In this document: one piece after another, positions 9,761 through 19,987 of the stretch | How positions within the stretch are numbered: the first letter of the stretch is position 1 | Layout of the letters: the number at the start of each line of letters is the position of its first letter | From: Kangiella sp. | GTDB taxonomy: Bacteria > Pseudomonadota > Gammaproteobacteria > Enterobacterales > Kangiellaceae | NCBI GenBank assembly: GCA_036568325.1 | Contig: DATCST010000061.1 | Location: forward strand, 6,835-70,834 | Direction of reading: 5' to 3' | DNA length: 64,000 nt | Notes under the pieces: generated by a model | Database searches by the model: none | Seen by the model: the letters and a program-made list of their open reading frames with translations, nothing else | Told to the model about the DNA's origin: nothing | Made by a program: the position numbers and the translations under genes

Positions 9761-11125
9761 TTATAAAATAAAAGGCGACCAGGCGGGTGCTTTAACTTCC
9801 CCAACCGTCGCTGGTAACCTTGCTTTAAAACGTCCATCCATTGAAACCGCACTAAGAACTTTTTGCCCGCCATCAACAGTTGAATAAATGATCATACTGC
9901 CGTTGGGTGCAATCGATAGCGACTCGTCGAGTGTGGTCTTTGTTAAAACCGTTAACTGTCCTGTCGCTAAATCCTGAGCTGCGATATGGTAAGAGCCATT
10001 GGCCTGATGAACCATGACAATGCCTTTACCATCCGGTGTAAACTCCGCACCTGCATTGTGAATACCTTCAAAGGTTACCCTGTCTACCTTCTTATCTGCA
10101 AGTCTAATGCGATAAATTTGTGGTCTACCTCCTCGATCTGAGGTAAAGATCAAACTTTTTCCGTCTGGAGCCCACGATGGCTCGGTATCAATCGCATAAT
10201 GTCGGGTAAGTCTTTGTAATCGTTTGGTTGCTAGTTCTAGCAAATATAGCTCCGGATTTCCATCCTTTGACAGTACAACCACCATGTTTGAACCATCTGG
10301 CGACCACGCAGGAGCACTGTTGAAGCCTTTATAGCTGGCAACAATTTCTCTTTGTCCTGATGCAATGTCTTGAATGACAATTTCCGAACGGCCATTCTCA
10401 AATGTTACGTAACTTAATTGAGAAGAATCAGGTGACCAGGTTGGCGACATAATAGGGCTACGTGATGCAAAAATTCGCTTGGCATTAAACCCATCACTGT
10501 CTGCAACAAATAATTGATAAGGGCGCGGATCATTGCGATTAACTTCAACATAGGCGATCTGAGTCGCAAAAGCACCGCGCTCGCCAGTTAAAGCCTCATA
10601 AATTTCGTCGGCAGCAATATGTGCACCCCAACGGAAGTTGTCGTTATCAACAACCTTTGTTTTCAACACCATTAAATGCGAAGAAGTAGGAATTAAAGGG
10701 TAACTACCATCTGCAATATCGGCACTAAAAATCGCTTTGTCATTAAAAGGGTCTATCAAATCGTATGACACCATATAGTTGCCAGAAGCCGTCTGAGTCA
10801 CTGTGCCATAGACCACGCCATCAACACCTAGCTTACGCCACTGCTCAAGATTCACTTGATCAATAGAGTAAGGGTGATGTGGTAATTTTGATATTTCAGT
10901 TGGATTAAACTTACCGCTACGACGTAAGTCATCAGCAATAATTTTGGCAAAATCAAACGGGGGTTGCGCCTGTACTGCAGATTCAGACTCAAATTTAAAA
11001 GGAACCACCGCAACAGGCCTCGCATCGGAGCGGCCCTCAGTAATATAAATCTGAATCTCAGCCTTGCTGGCCAAAGCCATAAGGCTGATGCTGATAATCG
11101 CTATCGTTTTTAAAATATGTTTCAT
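9761..11125 (-). CDS. tolB: Tol-Pal beta-propeller protein TolB
   Basis: [10 protein letters not shown]-domain, repeated PxWSPDG blades, C-terminal VKAPAWSPF. Confidence 0.97.
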   Translation of the reverse strand: MKHILKTIAIISISLMALASKAEIQIYITEGRSDARPVAVVPFKFESESAVQAQPPFDFAKIIADDLRRSGKFNPTEISKLPHHPYSIDQVNLEQWRKLGVDGVVYGTVTQTASGNYMVSYDLIDPFNDKAIFSADIADGSYPLIPTSSHLMVLKTKVVDNDNFRWGAHIAADEIYEALTGERGAFATQIAYVEVNRNDPRPYQLFVADSDGFNAKRIFASRSPIMSPTWSPDSSQLSYVTFENGRSEIVIQDIASGQREIVASYKGFNSAPAWSPDGSNMVVVLSKDGNPELYLLELATKRLQRLTRHYAIDTEPSWAPDGKSLIFTSDRGGRPQIYRIRLADKKVDRVTFEGIHNAGAEFTPDGKGIVMVHQANGSYHIAAQDLATGQLTVLTKTTLDESLSIAPNGSMIIYSTVDGGQKVLSAVSMDGRFKARLPATVGEVKAPAWSPFIL

Positions 11126-11163
11126 GCTTTAGCCTTAATTTATTAAACTTTACTTTTTAAGCT

Positions 11164-12054
11164 TTAATCTTTAAAGCTGGGATCAAATACAATCGTCATT
11201 TCACGTAACTCATTCATGACCTCAGGGTCATCCGAAGCAGGTAATGGTGACGAGCGTGTAATGGCTGTTTTACCGGTCTCACAATAATCGTAATCACCAC
11301 CTAAAGCCTCAGTTTGTAGTACAACACCACCCGGTCCCATTGAGATTTTGATGGAGCAGGCTCCTGCAGTTTTTGGTGGATACCAATTACGCTTAATTTT
11401 GGCAGTAATTAATGCGGTCAACTTCTCAACTTCAGACATTATTTGTCCTCGTCGAACAGTATCACGCTGCGCTTCAAAGAATTCGTTATCCATAGCTGCC
11501 ATTTCTTCTTCAAGTTTTCTGAGCTCTTCTTCTTTACGTTTTTGCTCTGCTTCAGCTTCCTTACGCTTACGTTCTGCTTCAGCTTTCTTACGTTGTTCTT
11601 CTTCAAGGCGTTTCTTTTCTTCAGCCTCTTTACGTTGTTGCTCTTCTAACTCTTTCTGTTTTTTCTCTTCTTCAAGCTTTTTTTGTTGCTCGACAGCCAA
11701 CGCCTTTTTCTTCTCTTGCTCTAACTGCTCTTGCTTTTGCTGTTCGAGCTTTTTTTGTTCCTGACGCTGTTTTTCCACCTCAAGACGCTTTTGCTCCTGT
11801 TCTTTCGCCAGCTGTTTCTTACGCTCCTCTTCCAGGCGTTTCTTCTCAGCTTCCTGCTGTTTCTTGATAGCATTCGCGTCAGGCTTTGGTAATTCTTTAG
11901 CAGTCACTATTTTGGCATTGATGGGCGCGTCCACATATTCATGCTTAACATCCACCTCATCATCCCAGGCGAAATTGAACACCAGTAATCCAATAACAAT
12001 CACATGGACTGCTATAGATAAAATGATAGGAACGATGTTCTTTTTCTCTGACAC
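11164..12054 (-). CDS. tolA: Cell envelope integrity protein TolA
   Basis: N-terminal TM helix with SxxxH, K/E/Q-rich helical stalk, TonB-C-like end. Confidence 0.92.
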   Translation of the reverse strand: MSEKKNIVPIILSIAVHVIVIGLLVFNFAWDDEVDVKHEYVDAPINAKIVTAKELPKPDANAIKKQQEAEKKRLEEERKKQLAKEQEQKRLEVEKQRQEQKKLEQQKQEQLEQEKKKALAVEQQKKLEEEKKQKELEEQQRKEAEEKKRLEEEQRKKAEAERKRKEAEAEQKRKEEELRKLEEEMAAMDNEFFEAQRDTVRRGQIMSEVEKLTALITAKIKRNWYPPKTAGACSIKISMGPGGVVLQTEALGGDYDYCETGKTAITRSSPLPASDDPEVMNELREMTIVFDPSFKD

Positions 12055-12075
12055 TAATAAATACCCAATCGATTA

Positions 12076-12504
12076 TTACAATGCGTCGGTCATTAAACCG
12101 ACATTTTCCACACCAAACTGCTGTCTTAGCTCATCCATCAGCTCAACCACTGTTCCATAAGGAACTCTGCGATCACCTTTGATCATAATCGGAGAGTTCG
12201 GAGAGTTTTCACGCTCTCTGGCAATCAAGGTCATCAATTCATCCAAGGTTAAATCACGGAATTGTCGCGAACCAATATCCATGTGAAACGACTCGTCAGC
12301 TTTAATACCGACCACAAACGGGTCATATTCATCCGGTGAAATGGGCTCAGCATGGGCACTGGGCAACTCTACATCAATACCTGCAGTAATCAGTGGTGCG
12401 GTAATCATAAAGATCACCAGCAACACTAACATCACGTCGATATAAGGTACGACGTTAATTTCAGCATTAGGTCGGCGACGCTCTCTACGAACCAGTTGAT
12501 TCAT
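12076..12504 (-). CDS. tolR: TolR
   Basis: EINVVPYIDVMLVLLVIFMITAP motif. Confidence 0.97.
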   Translation of the reverse strand: MNQLVRRERRRPNAEINVVPYIDVMLVLLVIFMITAPLITAGIDVELPSAHAEPISPDEYDPFVVGIKADESFHMDIGSRQFRDLTLDELMTLIARERENSPNSPIMIKGDRRVPYGTVVELMDELRQQFGVENVGLMTDAL

Positions 12505-12512
12505 GATGACTC

Positions 12513-13226
12513 CTAGCTATGTGCTTTACGGTGTAACACGCCGGAGAATTCTTCGAGGAAATTCTCATACTGAGTTTCGATGCGTTGCAGGCGATTGGTG
12601 AATCGGTTGTAGGCAATAACCGCTGGAATTGCCGCGAACAAACCCATCGCTGTCGCAATCAATGCTTCGGCAATACCGGGAGCAACCATTGCCAAAGTTG
12701 CCTGCTTCACTGCACCAAGTGCAATAAAGGAATTCATAATGCCCCATACAGTACCGAACAGACCAATATAAGGTGTCACAGAACCAACGGTTGCTAAAAA
12801 TGATAAGTTGCGTTCAAGTTTTTCAACTTCACGGCTATGAGCCACCCGCATCGCACGGTGAGTCCCATCCATCACCGCCTCAGGGCTGACGCCACTCTGC
12901 TGACGCAAACGCATAAATTCGCGATAACCAGCTTGAAATAAGGATTCCAAACCGGTAACCGGCTTTTGACGCTGGGATAAATCAGTGGAAAGCTTGCCTA
13001 AATCAATACCAGACCAGAATCGGTCTTCAAACTTCTTACTTTCTCTGGCGGCTCTGTTAAGGACATTTGAACGTTGGAAAATCATTGCCCAGGAAATAAC
13101 CGATATTACTAATAACAAAACCATAATGGCCTGTACCGGAATACTGGCATGTAAAAACAGGTTGGCAATCGACATCGGATCTTCAGACGTTGACAGAACT
13201 GTTGTCGTCGTTTCAGCACCAGTCAC
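12513..13226 (-). CDS. tolQ: TolQ
   Basis: LATVGSVTPYIGLFGTVWGIM and VAPGIAEALIATA motifs. Confidence 0.98.
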   Translation of the reverse strand: MTGAETTTTVLSTSEDPMSIANLFLHASIPVQAIMVLLLVISVISWAMIFQRSNVLNRAARESKKFEDRFWSGIDLGKLSTDLSQRQKPVTGLESLFQAGYREFMRLRQQSGVSPEAVMDGTHRAMRVAHSREVEKLERNLSFLATVGSVTPYIGLFGTVWGIMNSFIALGAVKQATLAMVAPGIAEALIATAMGLFAAIPAVIAYNRFTNRLQRIETQYENFLEEFSGVLHRKAHS

Positions 13227-13632
13227 GAGCTATCTCCTCTTTTAAATAGTCAGGCATGGCAGCAGGTTTCATGGTTTTCATATCAACGCAAGCCACGCGT
13301 ATTGTTGCTTTATTTACTACTAATTGTTGTTCATCATCAGTGACCACTTCCTGTTCAAAAATCACGCTGGTTCTACGAACGCTGGCAATTCGTGTTTTGA
13401 TCAGAAGCTTGTCATTAAATCGGGCCGGAAGGAGGTATTTGGCATCCACATGAGCAACAGCAAAAGCTAAGCCCTTGTCGATCAAGATATCCTGTTCCCA
13501 CCCCAAAGAACGAAGCCATTCAGTACGACCTCGCTCATAAAACTTTAAGTAATTGGCGTAAAAAACCACGCCAGCCACATCAGTGTCTTCGTAATAGACT
13601 CTAACAGGCCAAATAAATTCACGCACACTCAT
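13213..13632 (-). CDS. ybgC: Tol-Pal-associated acyl-CoA thioesterase
   Basis: RVYYEDTDVAGVVFYANYLKFYERGRTE motif. Confidence 0.96.
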   Translation of the reverse strand: MSVREFIWPVRVYYEDTDVAGVVFYANYLKFYERGRTEWLRSLGWEQDILIDKGLAFAVAHVDAKYLLPARFNDKLLIKTRIASVRRTSVIFEQEVVTDDEQQLVVNKATIRVACVDMKTMKPAAMPDYLKEEIARDWC

Positions 13633-13738
13633 CTTTTTTGCGACTCAGTATTATAACGGTTCAAATAGTAAATAGTGTTAATAGCATCTCGAAAAATCTG
13701 CAATGGCATTGGCAAATTTCCCTTATATATTGAATAAA

Positions 13739-14758
13739 TTAGTTAAACAGGTCGGGATCTTGAGGAATAATCTCGAAATGCTGATAGGCAAGTTTGGTAG
13801 CGATTCGACCGCGTGGCGTTCGTTGAATAAAGCCTTGCTGAATTAAAAAAGGTTCCAACACTTCATCAATCGTATCGCGCTCTTCGCCAATAGCTGCCGC
13901 CAACGTATCAAGCCCCACTGGGCCACCCGCAAACTTCTCAATAATGGTCAGCAATAATTTGCGGTCCATCATGTCAAAGCCTTTATGATCAACGTCGAGC
14001 ATATCCAAGGCACGGTCGGAAATATCTTGAGTAATGACGCCATCAGATTTGATTTCCGCATAATCTCGAACCCGTCGTAACAGACGATTAGCAATCCGTG
14101 GCGTGCCGCGAGAACGGCGTGCAATTTCCACAGCACCCTTCTCTTCAATCGGCAAATCCAGAATGCGCGCAGAGCGCATCACAATATGAGTTAAATCTTT
14201 TAAGTTGTAGAATTCTAGCCTTTGCACAATGCCAAAGCGATCACGCAATGGTGATGTTAATAGCCCTGCGCGAGTAGTAGCACCGACTAAAGTAAAAGGT
14301 GGCAGATCAATTTTAATCGAACGCGCCGCCGGCCCTTCACCAATCATGATATCCAACTGATAGTCTTCCATCGCAGGATAGAGCACTTCTTCGATGTGGG
14401 GACTTAAACGGTGGATTTCGTCAATGAATAGAACGTCATTAGGCTCAAGATTGGTCAGCATTGCGGCTAAATCGCCCGCTTTTTCCAGCACAGGGCCGGA
14501 AGTGTGCTTGATGCCCACGCCCATTTCATTGGCAATGATATTGGATAAGGTGGTTTTACCTAAGCCGGGAGGGCCAAAGATCAACACATGGTCTAATGCT
14601 TCCTGGCGCTTTTTAGCAGCGCCTAAGAAGATCTCCATCTGTTCACGGACTTTTTCCTGTCCAACATATTCACCTAACGTGGTCGGGCGAATAGCGCGAT
14701 CAAACTGATCTTCGTCAGCAAACTCAGATGGTGCGATGATGCGGTCATGCTCAATCAT
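13739..14758 (-). CDS. ruvB: Holliday junction helicase RuvB
   Basis: [34 protein letters not shown] motifs. Confidence 0.99.
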   Translation of the reverse strand: MIEHDRIIAPSEFADEDQFDRAIRPTTLGEYVGQEKVREQMEIFLGAAKKRQEALDHVLIFGPPGLGKTTLSNIIANEMGVGIKHTSGPVLEKAGDLAAMLTNLEPNDVLFIDEIHRLSPHIEEVLYPAMEDYQLDIMIGEGPAARSIKIDLPPFTLVGATTRAGLLTSPLRDRFGIVQRLEFYNLKDLTHIVMRSARILDLPIEEKGAVEIARRSRGTPRIANRLLRRVRDYAEIKSDGVITQDISDRALDMLDVDHKGFDMMDRKLLLTIIEKFAGGPVGLDTLAAAIGEERDTIDEVLEPFLIQQGFIQRTPRGRIATKLAYQHFEIIPQDPDLFN

Positions 14759-14800
14759 TGGATTTCGTGCAAAGGCACTACGGATAAATAACGTGAAGGT

Positions 14801-14829
14801 AGTCTACCAAGTGTCTGTAACTTATGGAA
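14801..14829 (-). promoter_or_regulatory. Candidate dedicated ruvB promoter
   Basis: TTCCAT-N17-TAGACT with an extended -10 (TGG TAGACT), about 45 bp upstream of ruvB. Confidence 0.45.
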
Positions 14830-14877
14830 CCACGCCATTCGCGATTTCCATAATTGGTCATAATTCGGCTAAATCCC

Positions 14878-16836
14878 TTATTCTAATTGCTCTTGCAGCT
14901 CGAGCCACTCTTCCTCAGCTTGATCTAACTGGTCCTTAACTTGCGAATATTCACCGCTCAACTCCACCAGTTTGGGCTTATTGCCTTCTTCATACAGCGT
15001 CGGATCAGCCATAACCTCATCAAGCTTAACCTTTCTCTGCTGTAATTCTTCTAATTTTTGCTCAAGTTTTCTCAGCTTATTTTTCAGCGGTTGCAGCTGC
15101 TTGCGTTTCTCTGCTTCAAGCTTTCTCTGTTCTTTGCGTGAAAGCTCATTATCAGCACTGCTTTTATTGGCTGTTGCCTGTTCGCCTGACTCCGAATTAC
15201 TAGCACCGCTAGCCGCATTCTTTTGTTGTAAGGTATCATCTAATGACCAACGGGCGTAATCATCAAGATCGCCTTTGAAAGGCGCAACCTTGCCATCAGC
15301 CACCAGATACAAATCATCACACACGGTTCGCAGCATATGCCGATCGTGCGACACCAGTACCATAGCGCCTTCGAAACTCTGAAAAGCAATGGTCATGGCA
15401 TGGCGCATTTCGAGGTCCAGGTGGTTAGTCGGCTCATCCAGTAACAATAGATTGGGTTTTGCATAAACCAGCATGGCTAACACCAGGCGCGCCTTTTCGC
15501 CGCCCGAAAACGGAGCAACCGGCTCAAGCGCTTTATCGCCATTAAAATCAAACCCGCCTAGAAAGTTGCGCAACTCTTGCTCGGTGGCTTTGGGATAGTC
15601 ACGTTGAAAATGCTGGATTGGCGACATTTGTGGATGCAGCTGCTCCAACTGATGCTGAGCAAAATAGCCAATGTTGAGCGTTTTAGCAGATACTTTTTCG
15701 CCCGCCAATAGTTGCAGCTCGTCAGCCAGCACCTTAATCAAGGTCGATTTACCGGCACCATTTTTACCCAGCAAGCCAATGCGGTCACCGGGCATCAATG
15801 AAAAACCAACGCCTGATAAAATCTTTTTAACACCACCATCGACTTGATAACCGGCATCCGCTTCTTTCAGTTGCAGCAAAGGGCTCGGCAAATGGCCAAG
15901 CTCTGGAAAAGCAAAATCAAATGGCGAATCAACGTGGGCTGGGGCAATCTTTTCCATGCGCTCCAAAGCCTTAAGTCGACTTTGCGCTTGCTTGGCTTTC
16001 GAAGCTTTAGCCTTAAAGCGATCGACAAAGGATTGCATGTGGGTTATTTCTTTTTGCTGACGCTCAAATTGCGCCTGTTGTTGCGCTAACTGCTCGGCTC
16101 TTTGAATTTCGAAGTCAGAATAGTTGCCGCTATACAGCGTAACCTTCTGCTGCTCGATATGGGCAATACGATTAATGGTACGGTCAAGAAAATCGCGGTC
16201 ATGAGAAATAAGAAGCACAGCACCCTGATAAGCTTTAAGCCAGTTTTCCAGCCAGATCACAGCTTCCATATCCAGGTGGTTAGTCGGCTCATCGAGTAAT
16301 AAAAGGTTAGAACGACACATCAAAGCCTGCGCCAGATTCAAGCGCATCCGCCAACCACCCGAAAAACTCGACACTGGCAACGACTCTTGCTCTGCGCTAA
16401 AACCTAAACCATGCATTAAAGCCCCAGCACGAGCACGCGCTGAGTAGCCATTAATTTCATCCAGCCGTTGATGCAGTTTAGCCACCCGTTGACCATCCGC
16501 GTCATTGTGCTCACCCGAAACCGCCCTTTCCTCTAAACGAGCCAGCTCTGCCTCGATGTCACACAACTCCTCGTCACCCTGCAACACATACTCCAATGCA
16601 GGTGCTTCAACCGACGGCGTCTCCTGACGCACGCTGGAAATGGTAATACCGCCCGCCATCGAGAAATTACCCGCATCCTCCTCCAGCTCACCACGAATCA
16701 AAGCAAATAAAGACGATTTACCGGTACCATTAGCACCCGTCACCCCGACTTTATCTCTAGGATTAATAATGAAACTCGAATCTTCGAATAAAACAGTTTT
16801 GCCACGGCGAAGCGCCGTATTCTCGAAAAATAGCAT
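14878..16836 (-). CDS. yheS: ABC-F family ATPase (YheS-like)
   Basis: Two ABC domains (GANGTGKS/FSGGWRMR and GKNGAGKS/FSGGEKAR), both with LDEPTNHLD; no TM segments; C-terminal coiled coil. Confidence 0.88.
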   Translation of the reverse strand: MLFFENTALRRGKTVLFEDSSFIINPRDKVGVTGANGTGKSSLFALIRGELEEDAGNFSMAGGITISSVRQETPSVEAPALEYVLQGDEELCDIEAELARLEERAVSGEHNDADGQRVAKLHQRLDEINGYSARARAGALMHGLGFSAEQESLPVSSFSGGWRMRLNLAQALMCRSNLLLLDEPTNHLDMEAVIWLENWLKAYQGAVLLISHDRDFLDRTINRIAHIEQQKVTLYSGNYSDFEIQRAEQLAQQQAQFERQQKEITHMQSFVDRFKAKASKAKQAQSRLKALERMEKIAPAHVDSPFDFAFPELGHLPSPLLQLKEADAGYQVDGGVKKILSGVGFSLMPGDRIGLLGKNGAGKSTLIKVLADELQLLAGEKVSAKTLNIGYFAQHQLEQLHPQMSPIQHFQRDYPKATEQELRNFLGGFDFNGDKALEPVAPFSGGEKARLVLAMLVYAKPNLLLLDEPTNHLDLEMRHAMTIAFQSFEGAMVLVSHDRHMLRTVCDDLYLVADGKVAPFKGDLDDYARWSLDDTLQQKNAASGASNSESGEQATANKSSADNELSRKEQRKLEAEKRKQLQPLKNKLRKLEQKLEELQQRKVKLDEVMADPTLYEEGNKPKLVELSGEYSQVKDQLDQAEEEWLELQEQLE

Positions 16837-16865
16837 GGAAATATCAGTTGATAGAAATTGCAGAC

Positions 16866-16893
16866 ATTATAAGGCTTAGCCAAAGCAGTACAA
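16866..16893 (-). promoter_or_regulatory. Candidate sigma70 promoter of the ABC-F gene
   Basis: TTGTAC-N16-TATAAT, about 30 bp upstream of the start. Confidence 0.55.
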
Positions 16894-17031
16894 TCAGAAT
16901 CCGTAGAGAACCCCAGATCTTGGTAACTATCTAAAAGCTTCCCCGAACACCTTGGTTTTGCTAGTATCAGTTCAATTCATAAGGATTTTGGCGTTGTCCA
17001 GTATTCTGACTTACAAACACAAGGAGGGAGA

Positions 17032-17415
17032 ATGCTACGTATTACAATTATGTCTATACTGTTATTACTAACTAATAGTTCTATAGCAGTAAATCTCAAG
17101 GAATATACTGATGCAAAACAATATTGGGAACGTACTAAAGATAAACCAGAATACCAATCATACTTAGCAGAGTTTATTCAGTTCAACAATCATTTCAAAC
17201 TTGATTCAAAAGATGGTTGTTCTGCTTTGGCTGAGGATCCAGTTGAAATGATGCTCATTATAACTCATCAGGACAATAGTAAATTTGCAGTCATAGAGCG
17301 CGTATTTACAAGTGCACAAAATGCAAAAGCACGATGCTATGAAAAATCGTATATAGGGGTTCCTACAAAGATACCACCCTACCTACCCTTCGTAATTCAA
17401 ATGAATATGCAGTAA
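17032..17415 (+). CDS. Hypothetical secreted protein with two Cys
   Basis: Strong AGGAGG RBS, signal peptide, 127 aa, AT-rich coding sequence. Confidence 0.75.
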   Translation: MLRITIMSILLLLTNSSIAVNLKEYTDAKQYWERTKDKPEYQSYLAEFIQFNNHFKLDSKDGCSALAEDPVEMMLIITHQDNSKFAVIERVFTSAQNAKARCYEKSYIGVPTKIPPYLPFVIQMNMQ

Positions 17416-17465
17416 TGATAGACTGAATCCTAACCACAAACTAAAAATATTATTAAGTCCCATAT

Positions 17466-17993
17466 ATGCTTATTATCAAAAGTCTATTGATACTTTTCCT
17501 AGCATCTTCTAGTGGCGGTTCAATGCCAGTGAATGATGAAATGAAGAGATTTTATCCTGGTTATGACGAAATCATAATTATGAGCTTCAATGATATTGTT
17601 GAGTCAGGGTTTTCTTATACAAAAAAAATGAGCTATTTTGCAGTAGCAGATCATGACGATGCTAGTAGAGAAATAAACTTTCGGCTGGAAATTGGCCATA
17701 GTCGTACAAATAAACAAGGAATATACATAATAGACAGCAGGGTTTGTATAAAAGAAAATAGAGATTATAGGGAAGTTATTATTAAGATTGGAAATCAAAA
17801 CATTAGATTTTTACAGAATTGCAGAGAAAATCTAACAGAATTCACTCCAGCCACATCCAGAGGCGAAGAATTTTTTGTTGAGCACTTAAAATCAAATAAA
17901 TTAACTGGATTTTTTATATACGATTTTTTTGTTATCTTCAAAACAGATGGCTTTGAAGAGGCATGGGAAAGTTTTGGAGGGGACGCAATATAA
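17466..17993 (+). CDS. Hypothetical exported protein
   Basis: 175-aa ORF with a hydrophobic N-terminus; very AT-rich; no family recognised. Confidence 0.65.
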   Translation: MLIIKSLLILFLASSSGGSMPVNDEMKRFYPGYDEIIIMSFNDIVESGFSYTKKMSYFAVADHDDASREINFRLEIGHSRTNKQGIYIIDSRVCIKENRDYREVIIKIGNQNIRFLQNCRENLTEFTPATSRGEEFFVEHLKSNKLTGFFIYDFFVIFKTDGFEEAWESFGGDAI

Positions 17994-17996
17994 CAG

Positions 17997-18023
17997 ATAA
18001 TTAATGGAGTCAGAATTAATTAT
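17997..18023. repeat. Hairpin with a GGAGTCAGA loop
   Basis: ATAATTAAT-GGAGTCAGA-ATTAATTAT: a perfect 9-bp stem just after the stop codon at 17993. Confidence 0.5.
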
Positions 18024-18047
18024 TAGGCTTAGGTTTGGAGCTCTACT

Positions 18048-18317
18048 ATGAATACAAACAAATTACGAACCACCTACTGGGTTATTGCAGCCCTGTTGAT
18101 GCTCAGCGCAGCGACAGCCAATCAATTCTATAATGAGTTTAACTGGGATAAATTGGATTTTCTGGTGTTCGGCATCATATTGCTTGGCGCAGGCCTGGCC
18201 ATTGAGCTGGTTCTTATAATGACCAAGAAACCACCTTATCGATTGATCTCGATAATTGTTATTGCTCTAGCGTTTTTGCTGCTCTGGGTAGAGCTGGCGG
18301 TTGGGATTTTCCATTAA
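18048..18317 (+). CDS. Small three-TM membrane protein
   Basis: 89 aa, three hydrophobic segments, ends LLWVELAVGIF. Confidence 0.75.
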   Translation: MNTNKLRTTYWVIAALLMLSAATANQFYNEFNWDKLDFLVFGIILLGAGLAIELVLIMTKKPPYRLISIIVIALAFLLLWVELAVGIFH

Positions 18318-18427
18318 TTTAGTGTGATTGGCTATGGGTTTCGCCTTGCTAATCCAAGCTATAGTTATAGTAAAACTAAGCTGTCCAATGGTATGATGCG
18401 GTATATATACACCAACCAATTCTCCCA

Positions 18428-18679
18428 ATGAAATTATTAGTTCGAAATCTCGCCCGCACCACTACCGAAGAGCAAGTCAAAGCACTATTCGAAGAGTTCG
18501 GCACGGTTCAATGGTGCAATTTAATCATGGATAAAGCTACTGGCGGCTCGAAAGGCTTCGGCTTTGTTGAAATGCCAAAAATAGGCGAAGCCAAAGCGGC
18601 AACCAAGAATCTTAATGGCCGTAACGTTGATGGCAGCATAATCCGTGTTAAAAAGGCAGAAGACAAGAAAGAAGCTTAA
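18428..18679 (+). CDS. RRM (RNP-1) RNA-binding protein
   Basis: RNP-2 LLVRNL and RNP-1 SKGFGFVEM. Confidence 0.95.
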   Translation: MKLLVRNLARTTTEEQVKALFEEFGTVQWCNLIMDKATGGSKGFGFVEMPKIGEAKAATKNLNGRNVDGSIIRVKKAEDKKEA

Positions 18680-18805
18680 TACTCTAATCCGGAGCTTATT
18701 GCCACTGCCAGTAAGCTCCAAGTTCAGCTGATTATTTCCCTATCCCCATTCCAATGCTAGACTGAGCCTTGTCATTATTCGAACAAGAATCTTATTGGGG
18801 GTAAT

Positions 18806-19315
18806 ATGGTTTTTCCTAAAAGCGCATTATTGTTAGTCGTCTTTGGCTTTCTTGCTTTATTCAGCGGCGATTCCCTCGCGGCTGACTCTAACAAAGAAAA
18901 GCTCAAGCAGATGCTGGATAATGCTAACAAGCCTCAGGCTGTGAGTAATATCCCCTCCAACTTCTTATCGGGCTTGTGGGTCGGCTATTATGATTACGAT
19001 TCAAGAACATCAAGTACTCCGCCCGCCAATACTTTTTCCATAGTGTTCGAGCAAACTCCTGAGCAAATTAACGCCATAATAATGGAACCAGCGCCGGGCA
19101 ATCCAGACGTTTACGCTCAATTTGCTGAAGCGGTTAATGCTTCGGTTCAGGGAACAACGCTATCCTTTACCAAAGTGTATCAAAGTGGCAGCATGCTTCA
19201 ATACACATTATCGGTCGATGTTCAGAATAAAGTTCTGACCGGGAAGTGGAAAATCAACGACCAAGTCTCTGGCCCAGTCAAGATGTGGCGAATGAATGCC
19301 GGTGATCTGAAGTAG
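18806..19315 (+). CDS. Hypothetical secreted beta-rich protein
   Basis: Signal peptide ending SLA, GGGGG RBS, 169 aa. Confidence 0.75.
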   Translation: MVFPKSALLLVVFGFLALFSGDSLAADSNKEKLKQMLDNANKPQAVSNIPSNFLSGLWVGYYDYDSRTSSTPPANTFSIVFEQTPEQINAIIMEPAPGNPDVYAQFAEAVNASVQGTTLSFTKVYQSGSMLQYTLSVDVQNKVLTGKWKINDQVSGPVKMWRMNAGDLK

Positions 19316-19335
19316 TCCTGAAGTAACCCCTGATT

Positions 19336-19830
19336 CTAACCTTTAAGTGCCTCTTTCAAGGAAGAGGCATTATCGGTTGTTATGACAAGAGCACGTTTCT
19401 GGTCTTTGATAGTGAGTTCAATAGCTTCCTTACCACGCCCAATGTACCCCAGTTTTTTTAGTTTCACTCTGTAGCCATAGCCAAAAAACTCGGTCGCAGG
19501 GTTGCCTTTCTTATCTTCGACAGACTCGATATCTTTAAGCGCCACTTTGGTTTTGCCAAACTTGCCCAGACTGACGAAAAGGTGTTCATCATCAACCTTG
19601 GTAATAATCGCAATTTTCGACACATACCAGGCTACCAATGCTGTGACGGCACAAATTAACAGCGCCCAATGGCTGGCTATGGCATTAGCTGGTACTGGCT
19701 TATCCATAAACTCCTGTTCATAAAACGAATACCCGAATAATGCTGATAGAAAGACCAACAGCAGAGTTACTACTACCATGAGTTTTTTGGGCATTATTGG
19801 TTGAGATTCGTAATAGTTCACTGGAGACAC
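19336..19830 (-). CDS. Two-TM membrane protein with a PH-like soluble domain
   Basis: Two TM helices, then ITKVDDEHLFV...FFGYGYR...GKEAIEL; family assignment tentative. Confidence 0.65.
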   Translation of the reverse strand: MSPVNYYESQPIMPKKLMVVVTLLLVFLSALFGYSFYEQEFMDKPVPANAIASHWALLICAVTALVAWYVSKIAIITKVDDEHLFVSLGKFGKTKVALKDIESVEDKKGNPATEFFGYGYRVKLKKLGYIGRGKEAIELTIKDQKRALVITTDNASSLKEALKG

Positions 19831-19987
19831 CTGAAATTGAGTGGATTGCCGTAAATTCTAATGACACTTGCTCAGCGATGCAATTATTGATCTCACTATG
19901 GTATTCGAGATTACACATTTGACAGGCATAATCACTTTGTACCATAGTAGTTGGTGTAGATTCTGTAATCAGATCAGGGAGCTAAGG

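Noticed and set aside
11400-11880. Repetitive low-complexity DNA and shadow ORFs in tolA
   Set aside because: Explained by the K/E/Q/A-rich helical stalk of TolA; it is not a repeat array.
13664-13686. AAATAGT tandem upstream of ybgC as a possible Fur box
   Set aside because: Poor match to the GATAATGATAATCATTATC consensus, in an AT-rich context.
17416-18047. Integron attC sites between accessory genes (TAAC after stops; also at 42244 and 48784)
   Set aside because: No matching GTTRRRY end with L-box pairing, and no integron integrase in the window.
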